A stretch of 64,000 nucleotides of DNA, taken from positions 359,609 to 423,608 of the forward strand of contig NMRA01000141.1 in the NCBI GenBank assembly GCA_002633005.1, written 5' to 3'. Made by a program: the position numbers and the translations under genes. The notes beneath the pieces were generated by a model, which was not told the DNA's origin, did not search any database, and saw only the letters and a list, made by a program, of their open reading frames with translations. The stretch comes from Phoronis australis (lineage: Eukaryota; Animalia; Phoronida). Each line of letters opens with the position of its first letter. The stretch's first letter is position 1. Positions 27,114 to 38,510 of the stretch are shown here, piece by piece.

Positions 27114-27293
27114 CTTGGTTGGTGTGCCTAGCGATGATGATGATGATTCACCAGATTTACGTCGTCGAATCTTGAGCAATGCACGGAGGCCACCTGAGCC
27201 AAGCCTTTGTCTGAAAGTATCGCCTGAGCCAAGACGTTGGCGGAACGGTTCCTCCATAGTCTGCAGAAAGTCGTGTTCAACACCGTGCCCGAC
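27114..27293 (-). CDS. Internal coding exon (180 bp, phase 0/0) of minus-strand host gene: VGHGVEHDFLQTMEEPFRQRLGSGDTFRQRLGSGGLRALLKIRRRKSGESSSSSLGTPTK; possibly the N-terminal extension of an AMPK gamma (PRKAG2/SNF4Agamma-like) subunit
   Basis: Strong acceptor (tatttccatttctcttag) and donor (AAG|GTAAGG). Length is a multiple of 3, the frame is open and GC is higher than the flanks. GGLRALLKIRRRKSGESSSSSLGTPTK loosely resembles [24 protein letters not shown] of human PRKAG2, recalled from memory. The exon call is strong; the gene identity is weak. Confidence 0.8.
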
Positions 27294-29124
27294 CTAAGAG
27301 AAATGGAAATATACTTGGAAATTAATTGAGTTATAAACCAGATTTCGTGCACTTGATCTAGATGTAAAATTTGTGTGAAACTTTGCCTCTGCTACTTCTA
27401 ATACTATAGTTTCTAAAAAATTAATAACAATACATATGCATGTGCACATTTACACCATCGTTAAGTACATGAAACTGCACCTATCATGAAGGACATTGTC
27501 TCATCACAGTGTATTTCAGTAACATATTTGCCAACTTTGCTGTCTCCTGTATTTAATCAAGTTTTTTAATGTTTATTCAGCTTCACACAGTTCAAAAAGA
27601 TAATTCCGTAGCAAGATAAGGCAGACTGAAGTCAAATAAAAGCAATATTCGTCATAGAAAGGCAGTTGGAATTATCACACGTGGTTACCACTTTCACTTT
27701 TTACTTTCCATGAGTTTCCAGGAAACAATTCCCACAAGTTACTTATCCCATAATACAGATGCGTGTGGCAATTCTTAATTGCCGACTGCTGCCAAGCATA
27801 ACTGAATGCATGAACAACTTCCATTTTTATGTTATCGTATTAAATTTTCTAAGTTTCCATCCACAGGAAGTATTTTTGCCCATTTAAAGGTTTTTCATGA
27901 GTGAAACCCACGGCCAATATAAAGGTGTTGGCTATGTATTCAACTCCCTAACACCTAATGCTCCATGAAATGAAGGTGAAACAGAGATCAACACTAAGCC
28001 AGTCACAGTCCATTACAACAAATGACCTGTTCAAGGTACTCACCAATTTAGGATGCAACATGATGGACAAGTGAAATTTTGTTTCCTCATATCTTTCATA
28101 AAAGATACGTAGCATCAAATTAATGCGTTACCATAGCAATGTTGTACCATAGCAACCATCAGAATTTTTTTGAAAAAATGTAGGCATTCACAATGGTGTC
28201 AGAAAAGGGGTAACTTTGGCTATTATTTTTGTCCAAAATGCATGAGATTTTACCCTACTCCTTTAGAAAGGCTTGGCACTTTGGAAAGCGGTGGTGAACA
28301 AATCACACAATGACCGGGTCTTTTCAGTATTAGAAGGGAAAACACGTCACAACCTAATCGGTGGAACTGTTCAAAAGCTGATTTTTCATGGAGCAGACGC
28401 TCAACAACAAAGAAATGCAATATTAAGGGTGACTATATCTCATTTATTATATGGAATGTCAAATTCTAAGGTGTACTGCATGTCTCAGATTTATATTTCA
28501 GAATGGTAGCGACCTAGTAAAATTATAATAAAAACATTTCTGGAAAAACTCATTGGAAAATTTCTCCAATGTTGCAGAGCCAACAGGTTCCTTCGACTGC
28601 GGAACAGTAAAATTGGAAGAAAATTTCATGTGAGTTTTCCAGAAGTTTTTGAATAATGCTTTTTGTATCAAAAACTTCCTCTTGTAATGCCCGCCAACAA
28701 GTAATGACTGAGGCATCGCGTTATTTGCAAAACAAACAAAATAAATTATCCCATTTTCTTGTGCTTCATATCTTCGCTATTTATGTCCGATTATATAGAG
28801 CTCACAAAGAGGACCTTGGTCCTTTAGTAAACAACAGCTAATCTAAATATTTCAAGACTGAATGAGATACACCATTCTAATATCGCGTAACCACACATTT
28901 CCCACAATGCCCAAGGATACTTTTCACACTAGCTATTGCTTCAAATAAGCAAGCTGTGGTCACTTTGACACAACACCAAGTATGTGCAATTAGAGACAAT
29001 ACTGAAATGGTTTACAAAGCTCCACAGTTTGTGCTGCAAAAAAATCAATCGGTGATTATGTTAGACCACTCAACAATCAATGGCACTGTTAGTAAATAGT
29101 TATCAACCAGTCAAGGCAAACGAC

Positions 29125-29575
29125 GTGGGGGTGGGTGCGGCATGGGTTTCGGGTGAATGGGATATGGGGTGGAGGTGGGTGAGACATAGGCTAGGGGCAG
29201 GTGGGGCATGGGGTGGGGNNNNNNNNNNNNNNNNNNNNNNNNNNNNNNNNNNNNNNNNNNNNNNNNNNNNNNNNNNNNNNNNNNNNNNNNNNNNNNNNNN
29301 NNNNNNNNNNNNNNNNNNNNNNNNNNNNNNNNNNNNNNNNNNNNNNNNNNNNNNNNNNNNNNNNNNNNNNNNNNNNNNNNNNNNNNNNNNNNNNNNNNNN
29401 NNNNNNNNNNGGGGGGGAGGGGGGTGGGGGGGGATGGAGCATAGGCTGGGGGCGGGTGGGGCTTGGGATGGAGGTGGGAGAGACATGGGCTGGGGACGGG
29501 TGGGGCATGGGCTGGAGACGGGTGGGGCATGGGCTGGGGACAGGTGGGGTATGGGTTAGGAGTAGGCGAGGCATG
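29125..29575 (+). repeat. G-rich ~21-bp tandem repeat (GGTGGGGCATGGGCTGGGGAC) spanning an assembly gap (N 29219-29410)
   Basis: Repeated G-runs on both sides of the gap. Confidence 0.85.
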
Positions 29576-30184
29576 GTGTAGAGAACATAATGCTTACTTA
29601 TGCAGGAACACGGACATTAAGGTTACATAGGGCTGAGATGCTTGAGTGAGCATAAATGCCTCACATGCAACACCCAATTAAAAAAGTTTGTGTTTGAAGC
29701 AAATTTAACAATAATTTAAACTATACCATGTCGGATGGGTGTGTTTTTAGCAAGTTCAAAACAGACTGGAAAATTTTATCAACCGCAAAAATATCACATC
29801 TATCACAGGCCTCTTTTGGCAAGTGAAATTTCTGTGCTTTGTTTTAAGTATGAAAAACGTATGGAGAACAGCTGTATGACCTCAAGTTTGCTTTTCCCAC
29901 TTTTCACGTCAGACAGCAAAAATCGAAGAGGGGACAAATGGACAGAAGGGCACAAGTGCGACAGGAAATCGGTCACCTTTAGGTGAGAGGCTAGTTTCGG
30001 AGGAGATGGGAGCTGTTCAGATTTCCTACGTTGCTGTGATCTGAGCAGAAATGACCTCAAGTCGCCAGTATTGTGTGACGACTGAGACTGGTTACCGTAA
30101 TCTACCAGTAGGTGGTCAGTGGACGCCTAAAATTAAAGGATAAGGCACAATGTTAGTGTATGGACAACAATCAATGAGCACTTT

Positions 30185-30570
30185 GATAACACGGATAATG
30201 ACAGCCATGGCAAGGATGGTGATGTTGACTTAAAGAGGTCGTTGGTGGTGTCAATGGTGTTGGTGACGGTGGTGGTGACAACAAAGACAACAATCATGTT
30301 ACATTACGATGACAATGAATATGATAATGATAATGGTTGTGGTCGTGATGGTGTTGGTGACGGTGGTGGTGATGTTAATCATTACAACATTGATGAAGAG
30401 GATGATGGAGGTTGTGGTGGTGATGGTGTTGGTGAAAGTGGTGGCGACAGTGGTGGTGGTGCTGGTGGCAATGATGACAATATGGTGGCAACAGCGATGA
30501 AGTTGACGAAGGTGATGGTGGCTGTAACAACAACAATGATGATGACAACAATAACAACAATGAAGACAAA
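30185..30570 (+). repeat. Low-complexity (GGT/GAT/CAA)n trinucleotide mosaic
   Basis: Degenerate triplet repeats produce low-complexity ORFs in several frames. Confidence 0.85.
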
Positions 30571-30879
30571 TCATTTCAAGAAACAATGAAAATATTCATA
30601 ATTGAAATCCATCTCTCAAGTATAACATGCGTCTTAATTTAGTTAATACAAAATTTTAATGCATTACTAGTTTTTGTGGCAAAGGATTATTTTTCATCAA
30701 AAAATACCAACACAAAAATGTGCTGCTGCTTCAAGACTCATGGACAAAGGGATGGCACGAGCCATGTATTAATAAAATAATATGCGAAAATAAAGCGGAA
30801 AATTGAAGTGTGTGCATTATATATCATAAGATTAACATGATGAGATTAGGCAGGTATACACGAAAGATTACACTTTTAA

Positions 30880-32153
30880 AGGCAAAGGCAACCTTTTTTC
30901 ATGTCATTTTTAGCAAAAATAAGGTTTGTTGATTATCCCAGACATATTTTTCACTTATTTACTGCTCTTCGTAATTTAATTAATTACTCGTCGTCTACTC
31001 CGGAAGTGACGTTTTGGGAGGCAAGAATTTCGTGCCAATTTCTTTTCATATAGTCGGACTATGAGAGCAATCGAGTCAGTCATTGTCCTACCTCGGTTGT
31101 GATAAGTTCGGTCGTCGTTTGCTTTTGCTTACGAGTCAGTCAACACACCACGCTGCTGCTGCGTACTGGGGTGTACTCATTATCATCTCACGGACAGATG
31201 AAGAACTGTCCCACTTGCCCGAGTGTCTCGCGACTCACTCCCACTGGAGGGTGATCTGAGCACCCAAACTGCTTACATCCCGCCGCGTAACCCACTCGCC
31301 ACACACCTGGCACCTTCTAAATAGCTCCAATACAAGTCCACAATAAACTTATCAAATTTAGGCTCACCAATCTGTTCATTGGATGACGAACTGTCCTCTT
31401 CACTGGGTGTTGAACTGGGCCTGTATTCACTCCCACTACTCAACATCGCTGCAGGGCTGCTTACAGGCTCTGGGTTAGAGACAACAGCACAGGGCGAATC
31501 ACTGCTAGTTCCCCGTATATAGTGGCCACAGCTCGCGAGGCTTCTCGCTTCAAAAACGCACTTCTCGGGGTTGGCGACGGGGCACTGCCGGGAATCAACA
31601 GCGACGGTATGGTACCCTTCTTCAGGCGTTCTTTCGCAGGGACCTTCGTCAATTCAGCGTACATATCTTTGTCGTAATCTGACGGCAGAAAATGCTTGCC
31701 ACACACTCGGTAACCCTCCACTGCTTTGTACGCTGCGTGGACGGGTAGCGCTGCGCTTTTCACATGAACGAGCTAGCCTGAAGTACGGCGAAGTGTGTCA
31801 TCCTTCGGAAAGCGACGCAAGGTACCCAGGCAAAGCACGTGTGAGACGATAATGAGTACATCCCGGCACGCAGCAACAGCGTGGCATGTTGACTGACTTG
31901 TAAACAAAAGCAAACGACGATCGAACTTATCACAACTGAGATAGAACAATGACTGACTCGACAGCTCTCACAGTCAGACTATAATGAAAAGAAATTGGTT
32001 TGAAACTCTTGCCTCCCAAAATGTCACTTCCAGAGTAGAGGACGAGAAATTAATCAAATTACGAAAAGCTGTAATTAAGTGAAAAATGTGTCTGGGATAA
32101 TCAACGAACCTTGTTTATGCTAAAAGTGACATGAAAAAAGGTTGCCTTCGCCT
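30880..32153 (-). mobile_element. Non-autonomous Kolobok-type DNA transposon (~1.27 kb) with ~312-bp TIRs and TTAA TSD
   Basis: TTAA at 30876-30879 and 32154-32157. Termini AGGCAAAGGCAACC...GGTTGCCTTCGCCT. Inverted arms 30880-31191 and 31841-32153. Contains a THAP transposase remnant. A TTAA TSD with RR..YY termini and THAP is the Kolobok signature. Confidence 0.85.
31192..31887 (-). pseudogene. Frameshifted N-terminal part of Kolobok transposase: THAP zinc finger, Ser/acidic linker and CxxC..H..W zinc-finger-like region
   Basis: MPRCCCVPGCTHY...RRFPKD...RVCGKHFLPSDY...LKKGTIPSL gives the THAP C2CH and AVP-like motifs. It is followed by SEYRPSSTPSEEDSSS and KFIV../LELFRRCQVCG...ITLQWE*VARHSGKWDSS. 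Contains stops and frameshifts; no DDE domain. Confidence 0.85.
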
Positions 32154-32383
32154 TTAATCAGTTTCTTTGTTTTTGATGCTAGATAAATCACAGACAGTGG
32201 CATGTTTCGATAAGTGAATTTTTTGCCAATGTTTTTAAAGCTTGCCAGCTTGAACAATGAAAAATATAAAACCACAACTTTCTACCATTTATGTTAGCAC
32301 CAAACCCACAACACCTGGAGGGTGGCTGCCCGAAATTTGAAGCGATACGTTTAGTCGGATTTTTTTTCTTAATCAGAGCACCT

Positions 32384-33192
32384 TATTGCCTTATCAAAGT
32401 ACCAGAATTCGCTAACTAGTCAGAGTAATGTTTTTTGTCTTTTCCTTCCACTTGCATGAAAGACTACACAAGAAATTTATAGCAGGCTGTTTATTATGTG
32501 GAACACTTAGACTGAATTTATTTTCTGTGAAATTAGAAAGCAAACAGCTTATAACACCTACCTTTAAAACCTATGTATACATTCTAGTTTGCAAGATTTG
32601 AGATTAGGGTAATCCAAGACTTACAAAAATTGACTCACATGGCAGCACTGCTTTACTGATACAGGCAATAACGGCTGGCAAGTTGAAGAAGGTAAATGTG
32701 GTATAACCGCCTATACTCATTCATCATAATCACGAATGCTTCTGTGAATGCAAGTAGATGATTGTTACAGAATTAGCAAGACAAATTNTATTGCCTTATC
32801 AAAGTACCAGAATTCGCTAACTAGTCAGAGTAATGTTTTTTGTCTTTTCCTTCCACTTGCATGAAAGACTACACAAGAAATTTATAGCAGGCTGTTTATT
32901 ATGTAGAACACTTAGACTGAATTTATTTTCTGTGAAATTAGAAAGCAAACAGCTTATAACACCTACCTTTAAAACCTATGTATACATTCTAGTTTGCAAG
33001 ATTTGAGATTAGGGTAATCCAAGACTTACAAAAATTGACTCACATGGCAGCACTGGTTTACTGATACAGGCAATAACGGCAGGCAAGTTGAAGAAGGTAA
33101 ATGTGGTATAACCGCCTATACTCATTCATCATAATCACGAATGCTTCTGTGAATGCAAGTAGATGATTGTTACAGAATTAGCAAGACAAATT
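32384..33192 (+). repeat. ~404-bp near-identical direct duplication split by a single N (32788); probable assembly artefact
   Basis: Copies 32384-32787 and 32789-33192 differ at only about three positions seen by eye. Confidence 0.85.
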
Positions 33193-33374
33193 GGACTGTT
33201 TTGACAAGTGGTATAACAAGTGGAGAAAATCGGATTCCAAGCCAAAAACTAAAAACTAAGACAACAGCACATTCATAATGAAATGCTATATGTGAAGTTG
33301 ATGTCGCTGTATTTTCTTAAAGTCCTCTTAGATTTAAGGCTGTGAAGGGCCTTATGGACAAGCCGGTGTATTTA

Positions 33375-34305
33375 GACAAATATCTACAAATCTATAAAAC
33401 CTAAATGCAGTGAAAGTACATATTTTATGAAAGTATAAAGATAGTAGAATTTGAGTTTGTACTTCATACTAAGCTGCAATGAATTAGGTCACGTGACCTT
33501 GTTTTTACAGTAACATTAAGGATTAGGAATGTTTATAGCAGAACCATGGTATCAATACCGAGCCACATTTTATTTCATATAAATGTTCAAGATGAATCTC
33601 AAAAATGCTGTTACAGTTTTCAAAATTATCGTTTTGTTTTCCTTTTATCCACTCACTAGATTTTCTTCATGAAAATCACAAGCCTTTTTTGATAGCCCCT
33701 CGTGCAAAAGTGGGACATTTTGAAGACAAGTCCCATAAAATTGTGCCCACTGTTCGGGTAATATCACAACATCTAAAACTGTTTCTGGTAAGTCATAACA
33801 CCATATTATTCATTTTTATTGCAAACCTGTCATAAACTTGGACAAATATCTACAAATCTATAAAACCTAAATGCAATGAAAGTACATATTTTATGAAAGT
33901 ATAAAGATAGTAGAATTTGAGTTAGGACTTCATACTAACCTGCAATGAATTAGGTCACGTGACCTTGTTTTTACAAACATTAAGAATTAGGAATGTTTAT
34001 AGCAGAACCATGGTATCAATACCGAGCCACATTTTATTTCATATAAATGTTCAAGATGAATCTCAAAAATGCTGTTACAGTTTTCAAAATTATCGTTTTG
34101 TTTTCCCTTTTATCAACTCACTAGATTTTCTTCATGAAAATCACAAGCCTTTTTTGATAGCCCCGAGTGCAAAAGTGGGACAGTTTGAAGACAAGTCCCC
34201 TGAAATTGTGCCCACTGTTCGGGTAACATCACAACATCTAAAACTGTTTCTGATAAGCCATAACACCATATTATTCATTTTTACTGCAAACTCGTCATAA
34301 ACTTG
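33375..34305 (+). repeat. ~466-bp tandem duplication (33375-33840, 33841-34305)
   Basis: Both copies start gacaaatatctacaaatc and end tcataaacttg; scattered substitutions; no N at the junction. Confidence 0.9.
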
Positions 34306-37300
34306 GAAAGGAATAGTTGATGAAACTGGTTTGTACACAACAGACAATGGGCGGAGCGGTTAGCGAACTCTGTGTGCCTACATGATAGGATCCAACCAAT
34401 CTCATGAGTTCAACATGCAACTGCGAAAGAAAAAGGCTCTACAAATTGTATTCTATTGATACACTTACTTCTAAATTATCAAAAAACTTGAAGCCCAGGG
34501 GTCCATATCTTACTCTAAAGCCAACTTTTTAAAGAATGGGTGTGAGTCCTAATTGTGAGATACTCATTCCCATCAGAACAGGTAGAGTCCCCCAGGGGGT
34601 TCTAACCATTTTGGAAAACTTGCCCCAGGGCCTGACTTTGACACCAATATTTATTAAACTACTTAAATGATACTCTGGTTACTTATGATGCACTGAGTTC
34701 GTTTTTACCCACAGGTGAATTTACCTCCGCCAATTTCATTAAAAATTAGCACCTGCTGGGTTAGCGGTTATTTTGAGTTTTTTACCGAGTGTGAAGGTCA
34801 TAAATGGCGTTTGCTTGTGTCTGTTCTGTTTAAAAAGTGCCCGGCCATGGCATTTCTTAAAACTTTTTTAAACCTTTACTACGAGCAAGTGAGATCTCTC
34901 AGGCACTCAACTCATTTCACATGCATAGATCCATTAAGATTCTGTAGCCCAGTTTGTAAATCAAATGATAAAAATTCAGATGTTGAAATAACAGAATATT
35001 CAGGCACATTCCATTCAGCGCTTGATACTGCTTGGAATCAAACAGGAAGTTGAAACGCAAACACACAATCCGAGAAACTGCCATTTGTAGTAGAGGTAAC
35101 CAAACTTGCATACGGACAAGCTTACACCCTAAGTGAGATGGAAGTAAATTGTTCATCGTGATCGCATGTTAATGGTGGTTTTGAGGTGAAAACAGCTGAT
35201 TTGGTGTATTTTTGCTTATTTTCTTAAGCAGCTGGGCACTAGCAGTAGTTGTGCAATATGGGAAATTCTCTTTGGAATCAGTTTCCTTAAAATTTGTGAA
35301 AGATTTTTGAAGTTCTTGGCCCAGTATACTGTTCCAGGTTTTGTACATCCTGCGGATTAGAAAGGTGGAGGTGTCTCTAGTTTTCAAAGCCCCAAACCAG
35401 CACAAACTGTAGAGTGCCACCTGTTGTTGAGCATGACACCAGAGAGCATGACTACCTGTCTGGTAGCGACACCTGTTGTCACAAAGCAAGACTACAATTG
35501 TGCAAAGCCCAGCTAGTAAATAATTGCTTGTGACATTATTTCCACTAAAGACTTAGCTTAAATTTACACAATGTTTAAGCTCATAATTGCAGTTCAATTG
35601 TTTTTCATCATCACACAATGTGAGTGTTCTCTGGCCAACTGATTACAACTCCAGGGAAACAACCATGAGGTCGTCGTTCTACTTCCTGTCTTAACGAATC
35701 ATTGTTCTCGACATCCTCGAGAGATTTCCGCTAAACTCATTGTGAACACACAATTTCCTTGTTGAGATGAAAAACTGCAAGAGTCTGAGCATGCAGTAAA
35801 TCGGCTCCTGTCTTAAAACCGGACAGTATTGGAAATCAACAGTTTCAAATCACACAGTGATTGCAAATTGCTTAAAAATGAATAAGCGTAAAACAAAGCA
35901 GTGTTCTCCCAACATAGATGCAGACATGATGCTGCTCCATGCTTAAAAGGCTCTACGGAGCCGCGATTAAAATCCCAAGTGGTGTTTGAAAAGCTCCAAG
36001 CCCTGGTTGGAAATTGAGAGCCATGCTTGAAAGCTCCAAGCCATGTTAAAATTTTGAGACATGTCTGAAAACATTGGATTCGTGTTTGGAAATCTGCACC
36101 AGAGTACAATTACTACTCAACCAATCTACAGGGTGTCCAAAACTGTGCTCGCATTTCAGTATAGGAGAGGACGTCAAAGTCAGTACCTATGGATCAGATT
36201 CTGCGCCTGGACCTTAGCTGCCTGGTTACATTTTGATGCGAAAGTAGGCGTGGCAATGGAGTTGTCACTAAGTTCTGTATACAAAGGATTGACAAACGAA
36301 CGATCTAGTTTTGGACAACAAAAATTTATCATGCAATGCTATAAGAAACTCAGAAATGTCAAGTAAAAAACAGTCCATTTTTGTTTAAACGCTATTTAAG
36401 TGCTTTTTGATGGTCACATTTTTGTGAATTTAAACCAGTAATGAACAAAGCACAGTTAGTGTCATTTAAAGTTTTAGTACATTTTTGAGTCACAAAGAAT
36501 ACTTGCTGAAAATGGAACAATTGAGAAAAGTTCAGTGGAACAAAATATTTCCACCAGTAAATCAAAAATATATATATATGTCAATTTAATCATTCATTAA
36601 TCTGCGACTGTTCATCAAAATCCCGAGCTAATCCTATCTAAGCTAAATTCTGCTATTCTAAGTAAACAAGAAGATGTAAAAAACAATCCATCTACTTAGA
36701 CTTCAATGATTAATCAGTCCATGGCTAATTGACTGTCACAAGAAAACTGAAGTCAAGCTTACAGAGGAATGACGGGTTACTTATTGGTATTATCAAAGAA
36801 AATCCATAGAAGGATTATTGCTATCATCTATACCATAATATGATTTTATGGAACAAAGTCTGCCTAAGGCAAGAGTCAGTGGGCGGATAACGTTGCCATC
36901 CCTTTTTACCCAGTATCCAAATGAACAACTGCAGACATGTCAGTTTTCTAAAAAAACGTCAAGGCTACATCTAATCAGCTGTGTTCGCTGTCGCAACTGA
37001 CCTAATAAGTTTTGTTGTGAATTGACGTAATTATGTTCCCAGTTACATGCTGTGTGATGCAATTCTATCTTTTATCATAATTAACTTGGTGAATTTCCAA
37101 ACATACAGTTTCCTATATTTAGGTGGCAGCGATATTCAGAAATTCATTTTTGAGTAAAAGAATCTAAATCAAGTTTTAGTACTAGTTAAAACACCATTTT
37201 TATGTAACTAGAAATAATAAATAAATAAATTTTGTTTAATTTCTAGCCCACTTACAGGCACACCTTTTAGTGTTGGTCATTAATGCCAATATAAAATGTT

Positions 37301-37795
37301 GCATAACAGTATCAAAAACGTGTTTTGTCAAAATAAAAAATCCGAATCTCTTTTTTTCAAGAAGGAACAGGGTAAGTGTCCAAGTTTGTTTCCAAATTGA
37401 AATATTAGATTTGCAACAGCTCGTCATCTACATAAATCAAATTTTGAATTTCTTCAAAATTGTTTATGTTCTTTCTTCTAAATCATGCACTTCAATCATT
37501 CGTAGTCCTCAAAATAATGGAAAATTTCATTATAATTCATAGATACCTCACAATCAGAAACAACTTGTGCATAGACACTAGGATACAAACATAATTTGTA
37601 TTCCTTTCTAAGAAACTAGACTACTTTTCAAAAACTAGGTTTCTATGTTATCAAAAATATTGAAAACAAGCACTTGAGTGGTTCCACATAACAGGAGAAG
37701 TTGTCCATTCTTAAACAGTAGGCTTGCAAGTATACCCACATGTGCCAAGCCATATCTTACTAACTTGTTAATGTCCCCAGTTGTCTAGACCCACA

Positions 37796-38034
37796 TAATA
37801 AAAAAAATAAATAACTGCAGGCGGTCTGGTACACCTTGTACCAGACCTACGCAGGCTACGCATGTGGGCCCATTGCACCGATCACCTGAAACCATTGTTT
37901 GTGCTAGTTAAAACCAAGCTGAGGAGCTAGAGACCTGACTCAAGGGTCTAACAGGGTGGTCCAGCGGGATTCGAGCCCACAACCTCGGTTTAAGGAAGCG
38001 AACACTTACCTCACAAGGCCACACTGCCTCTTAC
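37796..38034 (-). mobile_element. Full-length tRNA-derived SINE with an 11-bp TSD
   Basis: On the minus strand: A-box-like TGGCCTTGTGAGG, B-box GGCTCGAATCCC, 3' hairpin GTCTGGTACA-AGG-TGTACCAGAC and a T/A-rich tail. TSD CTAGACCCACA at 37785-37795 and 38035-38045. Confidence 0.85.
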
Positions 38035-38099
38035 CTAGACCCACAAGGTCAGATTAACATGCTAGGAATTATAATTTCATTTTTAGTTATTATCAATTA

Positions 38100-38510
38100 C
38101 TAAAGCTAGGAGGATTACTGTCAGGGGAGTGGAGACGCTAAAAAATCAAAGGGAAGACCACTTCCAACTAGATGTCGTCTGGAAACACTCTTCTCCCAAA
38201 AAGTATTGCTGAAAACGACCCCTTTATGAGACCAAAACTGCCACTATCGGATGTTGCAGTGGTTGCAACCATCCGAAAAACGATTTTTGTCCCACATCTG
38301 TGTCAAGCCTAGGAACCAGCACTGATTACGGCGTCAAGCTTTATTGAAATCCGTAAACTGGTTCTCTAGATTTTACTTGGTAATGGTGTTCCCAAAAACA
38401 CTAAAATGCTCAACCCCACTGGCCTCGTACTAGTGATGCAGAGTTCACTCTTGTGCCTATTTCACTTGGATCCGACCACGGGTTTTGAGATATCGAGCGG
38501 ACAACTGGAA
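38100..38510 (+). mobile_element. Probable Helentron/DINE-like interspersed repeat remnant (similar relics ~28080-28720 and ~45260-45570)
   Basis: Repeated motif aagctttattgaaatccg..ggttctctagat / tttcacttggatccgaccacgggttttgagatatcgagcggaca, typical of this repeat class as recalled. Confidence 0.35.

Noticed and set aside
29080-29581. Long Gly/Pro-rich ORFs
   Set aside because: They span an N gap and a G-rich repeat.
30242-30589. Asp/Gly-rich and His-rich ORFs
   Set aside because: By-products of trinucleotide low-complexity sequence, open in many frames and without splice support.
37950-38030. tRNA gene
   Set aside because: Has A/B boxes but continues into a repeated body with a tail and TSD; it is a SINE head and no full cloverleaf is evident.
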